NCBI GenBank assembly: GCA_964360815.1
Contig: CAYHYA010000001.1
Coordinates: 5,574-69,573 of the forward strand
Origin: an uncultured Candidatus Saccharibacteria bacterium
GTDB taxonomy: Bacteria; Patescibacteriota; Minisyncoccia; Phycocordibacterales; JACOZG01
Length of the DNA stretch: 64,000 nucleotides
Direction of reading: 5' to 3'
The position numbers and the translations under genes are program-made. Below the pieces are notes generated by a model. That model did not search any database, was not told the DNA's origin, and saw nothing but the letters and a program-made list of their open reading frames with translations. Shown here one piece after another: positions 37,155 to 47,390 of the stretch. Positions within the stretch are counted from its first letter, which is position 1, and each line of letters starts with the position of its first letter.

Positions 37155-37832
37155 CTAGATTGGCTGACCATTAACTGAAACCACAACCGCTTTAACCGTG
37201 GAGAATTGTTTGAGTGTTTCTGTGATTTGCGCTTTCAAGGTCGCAGCCAAACAGGTTTGTTCGGCGGCCGGCTCAAGCGCCGCCAACTCGCGGCTGAAGT
37301 CGGCGCGCGCCACGCCGCCAGCAATCGTCAAACTCTGAAGTTTGGTTTCGGAATTGATCGCGGTCGAGAGGCCGATCGCGGCATCGCTTGGCGAAACACC
37401 CTTCAGTAATTCGAGCAGGGCCGCGCGACCGACCGCCGAAGTTCGGGCGACGGTTCGGGCGATCGGCAAAACCGCCTGGCAACGCTCGCCCTGCGGATCA
37501 AGATTTTTATTGCGGAAATAAACACGGATGACCAGCGGTCCGGAAGTCGGCGCGGCCACGGCCGCGAGGTTGGTGTTAACTGGCGGCGGGTTTGAAACTA
37601 CCGACACGGGGTTGTCGGTCAAAGAAGTCGGGGCGGTTACCGACTCATCGGCATTTGTTCCCGTCTCTGATTCCGGTGATTCTAATTCAGTCGGGAGATC
37701 GCTCGGGGAATCACTGGGACGCAGAATCGGCCAAAGAATTACGCCGACAACCAGAATAATAATGATGATTAACCAGAGATTGCTTTTGCTATTCTTACCG
37801 TTCGGTGCCTGCGTTGGTACTGGTGTGGCCAT
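37155..37832 (-). CDS. Membrane-anchored protein with C-terminal GerMN-like domain
   Basis: N-terminal TM helix, a Pro/Ser/Thr-rich linker, then VRVYFRNKNLDP...ARTSAVGRAALLELLKGVSPSD...VSVNGQPI, a GerMN-like pattern. Confidence 0.4.
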   Translation of the reverse strand: MATPVPTQAPNGKNSKSNLWLIIIIILVVGVILWPILRPSDSPSDLPTELESPESETGTNADESVTAPTSLTDNPVSVVSNPPPVNTNLAAVAAPTSGPLVIRVYFRNKNLDPQGERCQAVLPIARTVARTSAVGRAALLELLKGVSPSDAAIGLSTAINSETKLQSLTIAGGVARADFSRELAALEPAAEQTCLAATLKAQITETLKQFSTVKAVVVSVNGQPI

Positions 37833-38150
37833 GTTTAGATTTAGCTAACGAAAAAATTAATAATAACCCGCATTCTAGCAGATTGAAAAATTTAAGCAAA
37901 TTAGGGTCAAAGAAAGCACCGTTCTCCCATGAGGATGGACGGTGCTCTCCGGAGGGGAAAGAAGCTATTATTTAAACACAATTCCTATTTAAGGTTACAC
38001 CCAACGACGGCTCTGGTAAAGAAAAACTGTGCATAACCATCGAGAGCGAAAACTTGGACAAACCAGTTCAGATATGTTAGCGTGAGGGTGGGTCTTTTCC
38101 GGTGACGTTAGCCGGATCAGACTTTTTTGGTCTTTACGAGGAGGAACAGC

Positions 38151-38510
38151 GTGGGGCAATGTAAACGACTAGCAAGACGACTGAAGGAACTGCGGGATCG
38201 GGCCTATATAAGTACGGGTGATCCAGAAGGGATTATTGACGTTGTTGAATCGCTTCTCACTTCTGATTATCTATCCGCCATAGGAACAAGTAGGGCTGAG
38301 CTATTAAGGTTGGCCCACCTCAATCTGTCGGGGTGTATCTTGGCGTTGATGGTAAAAAGATTGCCACCGGAAGAGTTTGAGAAACTCGCGGAGACGACAA
38401 GGGGTGCGATAGACAGAGAATATCTTGTTCCAAAAAATCTAGCTTCCGAGGATGAACAGTTGATCGATAGTCTCATTAGACAACCACAAGGCGAAACGGT
38501 GCTTGTCTAG
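38151..38510 (+). CDS. Hypothetical protein (the start is likely the GTG at 38151, preceded by AGGAGG)
   Basis: ORF with a strong RBS (acgAGGAGGaacagcGTG). No family recognised. Confidence 0.35.
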   Translation: MGQCKRLARRLKELRDRAYISTGDPEGIIDVVESLLTSDYLSAIGTSRAELLRLAHLNLSGCILALMVKRLPPEEFEKLAETTRGAIDREYLVPKNLASEDEQLIDSLIRQPQGETVLV

Positions 38511-38559
38511 AAACAAAACATTCAATCCCCCGGCGAAAGCAAAACTTTCGCCGGGGATT

Positions 38560-39579
38560 TTATTTCTCCCCTAACTCCGGATAAACTTCGAGTAGTTTTT
38601 GTAGGAATAATTTTTTGGCCGCGGGCATAGGCATCTTTAACACGGCCCCGGCGGCGGCGCGATGGCCGCCGCCGCCTAGCGCGGCGGATAATTTAGAAAC
38701 GTCAAACCTCTCCGCATCGCGCGTCCGCAAGCTCACCCGGATAATCTCCGGTTCGGACTCGGTTAGCGTCGCGCCGATCTCCCAGCCAACCACCGACTTC
38801 AGACGGTTGGCGATACTGATCCCTTGAGTGTCTTCGTAACGCAAACCGTGCGCCGCCCGTTGTTCAAGCGATAGAGCCACCAACGCCACTCGCCCACCGC
38901 CAAATACTTCGATCGAGCTTAGGGCTAGGCCCTCGTAAGTTAGTTGGCCGCAGGAATTGTTATTTTCTAACTGGAAAAGCAAAGCTGGAAAATCAGGCGC
39001 CAGTTTGACCAGTTCGGCGGCGGCAAGGAAGGTAGCCGCGGTCGTGCCCGGGTAACGGAAGCCGCCAGTGTCGCCGAAAATGCCGAAAAATAAATTGGTG
39101 GCGCTGGCCGGGGTTAGTTTAATTTCCCAAAGTCGGAACAACTCATAAAGAATCTGGCTGGTGGCCGGATAATTTGTGGCCACCAGATTGATCTGGCAAA
39201 ACGGTTTAGTGGTGACATGATGATCGATCAGGATTGTTTTGAGCGTTGGCGGAAAAGTAACTTGGCCCAAGCTACTGATTCGTTCCGGCGCACCAACATC
39301 TAAAACCAAAAACAGGCCGAAGCTGGCCGGATCAATTTCCAAATAATTTTTTGGCACGATGCTTTCGTAACCCGGGAGAAAAGAGAGGTATTCGGGCATG
39401 GGCGAATCACCCTTGATCACGACGGCCTCTTTGCCGAGCGCGCGCAGAACGTGAGACATGGCTAGCGCCGAACCAACCGAATCCGGATCAGGGTGAGGGT
39501 GGAGGTGAAGCAAGACCCGCTTGGCTGATTTGATGACGGTAAAAATTTCTCGCGCCAGTTTCTCTTGCTCGTTAGTCAT
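38560..39579 (-). CDS. nrnA: DHH/DHHA1 phosphoesterase (NrnA-like oligoribonuclease / pAp phosphatase)
   Basis: HPDPDSVGSALA (DHH motif I), IDHH, and the C-terminal DHHA1 GGGHRAAAG. Confidence 0.75.
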   Translation of the reverse strand: MTNEQEKLAREIFTVIKSAKRVLLHLHPHPDPDSVGSALAMSHVLRALGKEAVVIKGDSPMPEYLSFLPGYESIVPKNYLEIDPASFGLFLVLDVGAPERISSLGQVTFPPTLKTILIDHHVTTKPFCQINLVATNYPATSQILYELFRLWEIKLTPASATNLFFGIFGDTGGFRYPGTTAATFLAAAELVKLAPDFPALLFQLENNNSCGQLTYEGLALSSIEVFGGGRVALVALSLEQRAAHGLRYEDTQGISIANRLKSVVGWEIGATLTESEPEIIRVSLRTRDAERFDVSKLSAALGGGGHRAAAGAVLKMPMPAAKKLFLQKLLEVYPELGEK

Positions 39580-39661
39580 ACTCTCAAGTAAAGCAGACGA
39601 AAAGAAAAACCACCAGCAACCTCTACGGTTACTGGTGGGTGTGGTGTGCGCTTGTATTCCG

Positions 39662-40309
39662 TTAATTTAGTGTTTTGATGATTTTGTTCCAGAAATCGCG
39701 TCCACGTCTGAACCAATCTCGTCGGCGGAGAACAGCAACACTCGCTCCCAACAGAGAGAGGGTTCCTGGTTCCGGAATCGGCGTGCCGCGGAGAACAAAA
39801 GAATCAAATCCCATTCGATCGCCAGCGGAGGAAAAATCTCCGATTAGACGAAAAGCGAAATTAGGATTATCGCTGGCTTCCGGCGGCAGGGCCAGAGATT
39901 CTAAAATCCAGTCGCTTTCGTTCATGTTCGTGTAGAAAGCAAGTGGTTTCCAATCTTTCGAATCGGGGGTCCACTCAACTCGCATCACGTCATCAATCTC
40001 GAGCGCCCCCCTAACCTGTTCGGCAAACTCCAAAATCAAACCATGAAAGCCGACCGTGGAAATTTCAAGAAGCAGCGTGCCGTCCGGCCCACCACTTATT
40101 CCACTAAAGTCGGCGCCCCAGTCTCCCTCGAAGGCCGCCGCATCAGACGAGATAAGTTGCCATCGCCCATTAGCACCGGTCCATCGATCAAATGCTTGAT
40201 TGGGGCCGCTGATTTCGAATCCATCCTCGAATAGAATATCGGCCGAAACCCCCCCCACCATCAACAGAGGTAAGAGTAAAACCAGTCGCGACTTTCTTCT
40301 TCCACCCAT
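39662..40309 (-). CDS. Secreted protein with C-terminal PEP-CTERM sorting signal
   Basis: Signal peptide MGGRRKSRLVLLLPLLMVGGVSA. C-terminus IPEPGTLSLLGASVAVLRRRDWFRRGR is PEP followed by a TM helix and an Arg-rich tail. Confidence 0.55.
   Translation of the reverse strand: MGGRRKSRLVLLLPLLMVGGVSADILFEDGFEISGPNQAFDRWTGANGRWQLISSDAAAFEGDWGADFSGISGGPDGTLLLEISTVGFHGLILEFAEQVRGALEIDDVMRVEWTPDSKDWKPLAFYTNMNESDWILESLALPPEASDNPNFAFRLIGDFSSAGDRMGFDSFVLRGTPIPEPGTLSLLGASVAVLRRRDWFRRGRDFWNKIIKTLN
40249..40256. repeat. Homopolymeric C8 (G8 on the coding strand) in the signal-peptide codons of the PEP-CTERM protein
   Basis: Read directly: gaaaccccccccacca. The minus strand gtgGGGGGGGtt encodes VGGV. Confidence 0.8.
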
Positions 40310-40425
40310 AAACTGTCTCCTTTTCTCAAAAACAAAACACTAAAAACCCAAGACACGCGCCCGGGTCTTCTTCAAGTTCAAGGATCAACTTAATCCGGTG
40401 AGGATACTAACACAACTAGATTAAA

Positions 40426-41043
40426 TTATCTAGAGTCAAACAAATCGCTGTTGGGAAAACGGATTTTCGGTTTCGGCTTCTCGCTCGCGTGACGGTAGCC
40501 AAGTGCGAGCAGGGCTTTCGGGAAAAAATGTTCGGGTAGCTTAAGAACGGTCTTCACGCCAGCCGGATTGAAACCCTCCATCGGGCAAGCATCAATTTCG
40601 AGTTCAGCGGCGGCGGCCAGAGCGAAGCCGAGCGCGAGATAAGTCTGGCGCGCCGCCCAACTCTCGGCGGCCGGCGCATCAAGACCAGCGGCGAAATCGG
40701 TCATCATTTTTTCATACCCCGCCAGCGTCGCCCGAAGGGCGGCTTGGCCGCCGGTGGCCAGTTCAAAATAAGCGTTGATCCGATCCGAGATGTCGGTGCG
40801 AGCCGAGAAAACGAGCAAATGCGAGCCGGTCGTCACCTGTTCCTGACCCCAAGCCAAATCCTTTATTTTTTCGCGCAAGTCTTTGTCCGTGACGATTGTC
40901 ACATGGAACGGTTGCAACCCGAACGAAGTCGGGGCCAAACGGACCGCCTCAAAGATTTTGGCCAGTTTGTCCGGCGCGATCGTTCGACCATCAAACTTTT
41001 TGGTAGCATAACGCCAAGAAAGATTATTTAAAAATGATGGCAT
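40426..41043 (-). CDS. Nitroreductase-family NAD(P)H oxidoreductase
   Basis: RYATKKFDGRTIAPDKLAKIFEAVRLAPTSFGLQPFHVTIV is the nitroreductase fold signature. Confidence 0.7.
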   Translation of the reverse strand: MPSFLNNLSWRYATKKFDGRTIAPDKLAKIFEAVRLAPTSFGLQPFHVTIVTDKDLREKIKDLAWGQEQVTTGSHLLVFSARTDISDRINAYFELATGGQAALRATLAGYEKMMTDFAAGLDAPAAESWAARQTYLALGFALAAAAELEIDACPMEGFNPAGVKTVLKLPEHFFPKALLALGYRHASEKPKPKIRFPNSDLFDSR

Positions 41044-41278
41044 GTTTTAAAAGTAAGTTAAGCGTAACAAAAAAAGGGCCCGAGTGCAAACAGCACCACG
41101 GGCCCCAGAAATATCACTCGCGACAACGACACAATCATCATACACAACCAACAACGACCAAAAATCAAATCATCGCTTTTTCCTCCTTTCTTTTCCCATT
41201 TAAAGACAGCTCGATTCTATGTCAGATACTATCGTAAACCATCACCAAATCAAAGTTGTCGCTTGTGGATAAATTGAT

Positions 41279-42364
41279 TTAGTGACCAAAGATGATGTTG
41301 GCCAGGTCGCGACGAACGGCATTGATTGCCCGACTATCGGCCGGCGGATGTGGATAGGTTCGATTGGTCAACATGACGAACGCTCGCCCGCCAACCGGAT
41401 CAACCGCGATCAGGGTACCGGTAAAACCGGACTTGTAGAAAATTCGCCGGTCGTCAGGTAAATCAATCATTTCTGACTGGCCGATGGCCCAACCCAATCC
41501 AGCTGTCCGATTTATTGACCCTTCAAGCTGGTTCGTGGACATCGCCTCGACCAGGTTTGCCGAAAAATATTTCCGGCCACCCTTAATCCCCTTGTTCAAG
41601 AGCATCGCCAAAAATTTAAGTAGGTCCGGCGCGGTCGAAAACAGGCCAGCAATGGCCGTGGGCCTCTTTTTCCCGAGAACGAAGGCGGCTTCATCGTGAA
41701 CCACGCCGCGGACCTCTCTCTTGCGCCAAATATCGTCAATCTCGGTCGGAGCAATGCCCGCGGACAGGTGTGTCTCGGGCGAATAGTTGGTCCGCGCCAT
41801 TCCCAGGGGGTTGAAGAATTTTTCGGCAGCGAGGCGGTCGAGGCGAGATCCGGTAACTTTCTCGACCACCAAACCGATCAGCAGGGCGGTCGGATTGGCA
41901 TAGACATGGTGACTACCGGGCGGGCATTTAAGCGGCGCCTTAAAAACAGTCTCCCAAATTGCCTCGGCCGAATGTCCGGTGCGAGCCAATTCCGAGAGTG
42001 CTGGCAGTTCAAGATCGAGGGTGTAGGTTAACAGGTGCCAAATTGTGACCGCCTGTTTGTTTTCCTCGGTTCCGAACTCCGGTACATAACGAACCAACGG
42101 ATCGTTTAGTTTGACCTGGCCACTGTCGATCAGCTGTAAGAGTAAGGACGTTCCGACAACCGATTTAGTCAGCGAGGCCAGATCATAGACCGTTTCTGTT
42201 TCAACCAACGGCGAGTCGAGGTCGTAAGTCAGTCGGCCGACTGGCACGATTTGCTGTCCACCATTGGAATGAACCAATCCGACCACGCCACCCGGGAAAA
42301 CCCGGTCGGCAATGGCCAGTGCCAATCGCTTGGTAATGAATGATAGAAGTCCGACTTCCATCAA
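41279..42364 (-). CDS. Serine hydrolase of the beta-lactamase/PBP4* family
   Basis: SxxK motif (DLASLTKSVVG) and class-C-like length. Confidence 0.65.
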   Translation of the reverse strand: MMEVGLLSFITKRLALAIADRVFPGGVVGLVHSNGGQQIVPVGRLTYDLDSPLVETETVYDLASLTKSVVGTSLLLQLIDSGQVKLNDPLVRYVPEFGTEENKQAVTIWHLLTYTLDLELPALSELARTGHSAEAIWETVFKAPLKCPPGSHHVYANPTALLIGLVVEKVTGSRLDRLAAEKFFNPLGMARTNYSPETHLSAGIAPTEIDDIWRKREVRGVVHDEAAFVLGKKRPTAIAGLFSTAPDLLKFLAMLLNKGIKGGRKYFSANLVEAMSTNQLEGSINRTAGLGWAIGQSEMIDLPDDRRIFYKSGFTGTLIAVDPVGGRAFVMLTNRTYPHPPADSRAINAVRRDLANIIFGH

Positions 42365-43299
42365 GTTTTTAAAAGCGCCCGCATCATTCGGGTTAAACCA
42401 ATCCCGCCGCCAAAACGAGGAAAAAATTTTAGCGATAAGAAATCTTCCAACTCACGTTCAACTCGCGCCCGGCCGAAGTGCTCGAAAAGTAGTTTGGCAT
42501 AAGCCCCGTCACTGATAGTGTGGAATTGTTTGCGCATTACCTCTGGATCGACGCTCCGTTCAGCCGAACCAATTGTCTCCATACCGGCGATGATCACGTC
42601 AATTTTGTGGGCATGTTTGCCATTCTTCATCATATTCCAAAACGGCGAGGTGTGAAGCGGAAAACGCTCCAGGAAAAAAACTGGCCCAAACTCTTCGGAC
42701 ATTTCGCGCTCGTGCTCGCTGGTTAATTCCGATGCTTCGTAATAATCGGCCATCTCGTCATAAGTGCGATGCGGATAATTCCGCCGGTCGCCGAAACCAA
42801 GATGTTCGCAGAGTTCGGCTTCGAGCTGGCGGAGGTCATCAATCGTACCAGCGGATTCAAATTCAAACATCGGGAAAATGATTTCGTGTCGACCAGGGAT
42901 CGGATTTTTCTCATTGCGATAACTGGTGCTGACACAAAAGACCCCGGGTAGAGACGGGTCGTTCAAAAGTTCGTATTCGAGCCACATTTGTCCGGTTTGC
43001 GGCAAGGGCCAAGTTTCTCCGGCGTAGTCGTAAGTGGCAATCGTTGTCGGATCCTCGCAGGCAGCCAAAATACTTAACCGATCTTGAGTGTGCACTTCGT
43101 GGAAACCTTTACCCAGGAAAAATTGTCGGAGCTTGTTCACTGTTTGGCTATAACCTTTCACGTTTTTTGTCGCTCGATAATTATTGATCATATTTTGGCA
43201 AAAAAATAACCCCGCGGTGGTGGGGGTGACTAACTTTTTAATAACTTGATTAATAAATACTGACCAAAACTTTTTTTCATATTCGCTAGATTGTAGCAA
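42361..43299 (-). CDS. Class-II aaRS-like catalytic-core protein without anticodon-binding domain; best guess is AsnA-type aspartate-ammonia ligase
   Basis: Motif-2-like YRNEKNPIPGRHEIIFPMFEFE and motif-3-like FGGGIGLTRMMRALL (close to E. coli AsnA GGGIGQSRLTMLLL). 312 aa. Confidence 0.4.
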   Translation of the reverse strand: MLQSSEYEKKFWSVFINQVIKKLVTPTTAGLFFCQNMINNYRATKNVKGYSQTVNKLRQFFLGKGFHEVHTQDRLSILAACEDPTTIATYDYAGETWPLPQTGQMWLEYELLNDPSLPGVFCVSTSYRNEKNPIPGRHEIIFPMFEFESAGTIDDLRQLEAELCEHLGFGDRRNYPHRTYDEMADYYEASELTSEHEREMSEEFGPVFFLERFPLHTSPFWNMMKNGKHAHKIDVIIAGMETIGSAERSVDPEVMRKQFHTISDGAYAKLLFEHFGRARVERELEDFLSLKFFPRFGGGIGLTRMMRALLKT

Positions 43300-43342
43300 C
43301 CCTGCCCCAAGCTGGAGAAGAAGAAAGGTGGATATCTACGAT

Positions 43343-45131
43343 CTAATGCAGTCCGATTTGATATTCGTAAAGTCGGCGATAGGCACCAGCCGGTCGCGTG
43401 ATCAGTTCCTCGTGTGTGCCCGTTTCAACGATTTTTCCTTTCTCGAAAACGAGGATCAGGTCGGCTCGACGAACTGTTGACAGGCGATGCGCGATGATAA
43501 AGGTGGTCCGTCCGCGCATTAGTGCTTCCAGCGCTTCCGTGACAATTTTTTCGGTCGCCGCACCAAGAGCGCTCGTTGGTTCATCGAGAATCAGGATGGC
43601 TGGCTCGCGCAGCATGGCTCGAGCAATCGCCACGCGCTGTTTCTGGCCGACCGACAACTTAATTCCCCGCTCGCCGACCACCGTCTCATATTTCTCGGGA
43701 AACTTTTCCACAAAATGGTCAATGTGGGCCTCTTTAACCACCCGCTTAAACACCTCGTCGGCTACGGCGAATGTGCCGTAACGAATATTTTGTCCAATCG
43801 TGTCGTTGAAAAGTGCGATCTCTTGTGGCACCACGGCGATCTGGCGGCGTAAACTGGTTAGGTTGAGCTTGCGGGTATCTATTCCGTCAACCAACACCGC
43901 ACCGGTCGTGGGAAAGTAGTAACCAGAAATCAAAGAAACGGCCGTTGATTTGCCAACCCCCGACTCGCCAACCAGCGCCACGGCCTGTCCGGGTTTAATT
44001 GCAAAGTTTAAATTTTCCAGCACTAGCGGTTGAGTCGGTGCGTAGGCAAAAGAAACGTTATTGAAAGAGACGGCGCCCTTCAAACTCTCTGGCGTAACAG
44101 CGTTAGTGGGAAGATAAATTTCTTCCGGTTCTTCAAAAATCTCTTCGGCGTGGGCGGCGGCCGTGATGCCGTTCTGGACCGTTTGCCAACTGTGCCCAAG
44201 CGCCACGAACGGCCCAAAAAACATCATCGCGTAACCGTTAAGCGCCACGAGCTCGCCAACACTAATCATCTGACTCGCGATCAAACGAACGGAAAAAATG
44301 AACACGGCCAATTGGGTGAGGAAAACAATTGTTCGCTGGAAAAAGCTAACGTTGTTCCAACGTCGTTCGAGCTTTAACCAAACATCACGCGTTTTTTCCA
44401 ATAAATTAGTTTCAACTTTTTTGGTCTCATAATCTTCACTGGAGGCCTGTTTAACACTTTCGATTTGCTGAACCACCGCGGCCGCGTCATCCCAACCCTG
44501 ATTCCAGGAACGATGCGCTAGCGAGTCCAGTGCCGCGACTGGTCGAATCATTTTGATTAAAATTATGGAGTAAAACAAAACTCCGAGAGCTAAAATTCCA
44601 GCCAACGAGTAATTAATCTTGGCGGCCAAAACAATCCCGATGATTACGCTTAAAAATTGCGGGGCCACAGCAACAACTCGATTCATAATTGCCGACACCC
44701 GCCAGCCGGCCTGACTAATTTTCAAGAGCTCACCGTTGATGTGCGTGTTCTTATGATAATTTAGCGGTAAGCGAAAGAGGCGGCTAAAACCATCGGTTTG
44801 AATTTTGAAGTGAAGTGTGATGTCTAGGTGACGGCGCAACCGATCCATGAACCAAAATATTGTTGGCCACGAGTTGGATGACGACCCAGATCAGAAGCAG
44901 AGACGTCCAGAGCGGCAAAGAATCAATGTTTTGATCCGCGACCCCCTTCGACACTTCAATCAGGGCATCAAAAAATCGTCCGGTGACATAAGGGACCGAA
45001 CCGTTGGCCAAAGCCGAGACCAACCCGAGAAAAGTTAGCAGAATTAATTCATTCTTAAACGGCCGGAGGTGGCGACGAATCGCTCGCAACCCTTTCCTAA
45101 CTTCACCTTTTTCCTTGATCGTATTTTCCAT
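43343..45131 (-). pseudogene. ABC exporter (fused TMD-NBD, MsbA/Sav1866-like) interrupted by a frameshift near 44784..44850
   Basis: The ORF at 44784..45131 encodes a typical N-terminus with TM1-2 and stops. The ORF at 43343..44848 continues in another frame with TM3-6 plus the NBD (Walker A GESGVGKST, LSVGQKQR, ILILDEP). The two ORFs overlap by 65 nt. Confidence 0.5.
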
Positions 45132-45159
45132 TTTAATGAAACCCCTCTATCTCTAGATC

Positions 45160-45468
45160 TCACCTTCGCTCAAGAGCACGCAACACCGTGGCGGAAACAA
45201 AATCCTTTCGTGCCTCACCTAACACGGGTAATACCGCCAGCACAGATGCGTTTTTTGTAGGAATAAGTTCAACCTTTCCTCCGTTAAACTCAGTGAGATG
45301 GGTTAAAAACTCATCAAGCCATGACGGAGTAACAGTAAGCACTCCATCAAAATCGACCTGAATTGGTGTATCAGGATTAAGTTGTGGACGAATAGCATTA
45401 AATGCCTCTAGTCCTGCTGGGCGAGAAACGAGTACTGTGCCAAATTTTTTAAGTTGAATAGTTTGCAT
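45160..45468 (-). CDS. STAS-like (DUF4325-type) small protein, a putative partner-switching antagonist
   Basis: 102 aa, with no recognisable motif beyond the STAS-like length and pattern. It lies immediately downstream of the GHKL-ATPase gene. Confidence 0.35.
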   Translation of the reverse strand: MQTIQLKKFGTVLVSRPAGLEAFNAIRPQLNPDTPIQVDFDGVLTVTPSWLDEFLTHLTEFNGGKVELIPTKNASVLAVLPVLGEARKDFVSATVLRALERR

Positions 45469-45480
45469 TTGTAATATTTT

Positions 45481-46206
45481 CTAAAACATTATAACCGCAT
45501 ATGCCCCACGAACATTCCCGTCAGCCATTTTGATGCGCATCGGTCCGGGGCTAGTGGGAATATTGACGACACCGACACCAGAGCGAAACAAGAGGCCGAC
45601 CTCCTTTGATTCAGCGACCCGGCGAACGACCTTGAGTCCATTACCGCGCTTCTCGGGATTTCTCCCTGAAACTATTTCTGTAAAAGCCACATTAAGGGCG
45701 TCGACATCGGTGTCGAGATTTGGCCTAACCTGTTTAAGTGTAGTTTTGACACCACGCCCCCGATCCGCAAGAACAATAATCCGCTTAGCAATACTATACG
45801 CGTAAAATATACCTGACACATCGGGCCAATTACCAACATTGTGGGCGAAGGAGTTGTCGCCAATTTCTCCTGCAACCAGGGTAACCAGCGAAGCTAAATC
45901 TTCTGAAACCTGGCCAACGTTCTGTAGTTCAGCACCCATCTTGGCAACTCGACTAGTGAAGCGATCTGATCGTTCGCAATAATACTCACTCGGGAGCTCT
46001 GGGGGCAAGGCGCTTGTTGCCCAGGCCAACCCCAATAACTGCAGGTTAAGGGCAAAACTCTTTAGATCGCCTAAGGCGTAATAACGTTGTTTCCCCACAC
46101 TCCGCTCGGAATTAAGCCGACCAGATTTCTCCCAGTTACGTAGGGTTTGCACTGATACGCCTAGTATCTTTGCGGCCTCTCCTACCCTCACTTTTCCCTC
46201 ATTCAT
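45481..46206 (-). CDS. MerR-type HTH fused to a GHKL (HATPase_c, RsbW-like) domain
   Basis: N-terminus VGEAAKILGVSVQTLRNWEKSGRL (MerR HTH). C-terminus GEIGDNSFAHN...ADRGRGV...GNGLKVV (N, G1 and G2 boxes of the GHKL ATPase/kinase). Confidence 0.5.
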   Translation of the reverse strand: MNEGKVRVGEAAKILGVSVQTLRNWEKSGRLNSERSVGKQRYYALGDLKSFALNLQLLGLAWATSALPPELPSEYYCERSDRFTSRVAKMGAELQNVGQVSEDLASLVTLVAGEIGDNSFAHNVGNWPDVSGIFYAYSIAKRIIVLADRGRGVKTTLKQVRPNLDTDVDALNVAFTEIVSGRNPEKRGNGLKVVRRVAESKEVGLLFRSGVGVVNIPTSPGPMRIKMADGNVRGAYAVIMF

Positions 46207-46393
46207 AACGTTATACTATACGATAAACCTATAAAAGTCAACAAATATTAGCAGGTTTAGTTGTAAAACCTACAATTTTGAGATAATGATGGAAGTCCGA
46301 CTTTCATCATTACAAAGGCCTTGCTACATTTTCACGAAGGCGATCTTTAAAACTTTCATTCCTTCTGTAGATTAGTATCAATTAAGACGGCGA

Positions 46394-47308
46394 TTAAATT
46401 TGATATACAACATGAGTCTTTTTGATAGTATCCACTCGTTTGAAACTTCTCTTCAAAAAATCCTGCCCCACATTTTCAGAACCCTGTAATGACAAAAGCC
46501 TGGTGTGAATAAGTTTTTCTTTCAGACATCTAAGACCTTCCCATAATAAATATCTCATTAAATTAGACTGATTTTTATTAATTATTGCATTAGCAAAAGT
46601 TACTATATCCATTGGAGTGTAGAATGAAACCGCGATCAATTTCCCATCGTTAAAATGAGAAAATCGTTGCTTGTTTTCTATTTCTTCCGAAAAGAAAAAA
46701 TTATGTGCATCTATGACTTCTTTAGAGTTTTCGGCTCCCTTCTTGTTCAGATGGTCAGCATAATCACGCAAAAGCTTTCTATCCTCATTTTCATGGTCTT
46801 TAGAATAATCACTGCTTACTATTCCCTGTTCTTTTTTAAACTTGCGGATAACTCGAATCGTAGAGTGACGTACTGAATCGGGCTTTAAATTTAAGATTGA
46901 ATCAAAATCAGATACATATTCCGGAAATGTGTTATCGTCTCTAAATGAAAATTTACTCCATGGTTCAGTAGTTTCTATAAAACCTACGGCTTTCAAATCT
47001 TCAAGTTCTTTGAGATCAACATTTTTAACTAAAATTGAGCACTTTTCCTTTGTGTCGGCAATAAAATTGCTCAATATTTGTTGCCGATCTTTCCCTAATC
47101 TATTTACTACAACAAGCTGATTGTCTTTTGGTCGAAAATATAAAATCGACCCATCTTTTTCATATACAAAGCCCGTATCTCTTGTTGATTGAATAATGTA
47201 CGGCCAGTTATTCTCAAATGATAACTTGCCTACTTTAGACTTTTTTAGATAGTCGTAAAATAGCTTCTCATCATTAGATTTAATTGGTCTTACATTTGGC
47301 ATATCCAT
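46394..47308 (-). CDS. AT-rich hypothetical protein (304 aa), likely horizontally acquired
   Basis: The ORF and its flanks (46210..47390) are visibly AT-rich compared with the neighbours. It sits immediately 3' of tRNA-His. No family recognised. Confidence 0.4.
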   Translation of the reverse strand: MDMPNVRPIKSNDEKLFYDYLKKSKVGKLSFENNWPYIIQSTRDTGFVYEKDGSILYFRPKDNQLVVVNRLGKDRQQILSNFIADTKEKCSILVKNVDLKELEDLKAVGFIETTEPWSKFSFRDDNTFPEYVSDFDSILNLKPDSVRHSTIRVIRKFKKEQGIVSSDYSKDHENEDRKLLRDYADHLNKKGAENSKEVIDAHNFFFSEEIENKQRFSHFNDGKLIAVSFYTPMDIVTFANAIINKNQSNLMRYLLWEGLRCLKEKLIHTRLLSLQGSENVGQDFLKRSFKRVDTIKKTHVVYQI

Positions 47309-47390
47309 TTTAGTATCCTCATATCCAAGTTTATCGGGTTGAAACTGATTTCACAGCTTAATAAAAAGCTATTTTTTAAAAATCCTCAAG

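Noticed and set aside
42361-43299. Calling this class-II aaRS-like protein EpmA/PoxA (EF-P lysyl transferase) because efp is in the window.
   Set aside because: Its motif 3 (FGGGIGLTRMM) resembles AsnA/AsnRS-type (GGGIGxxRL) more than the LysRS/EpmA type (G.ALGVDRL). It is also 32 kb from efp. The call is left open as AsnA-like.
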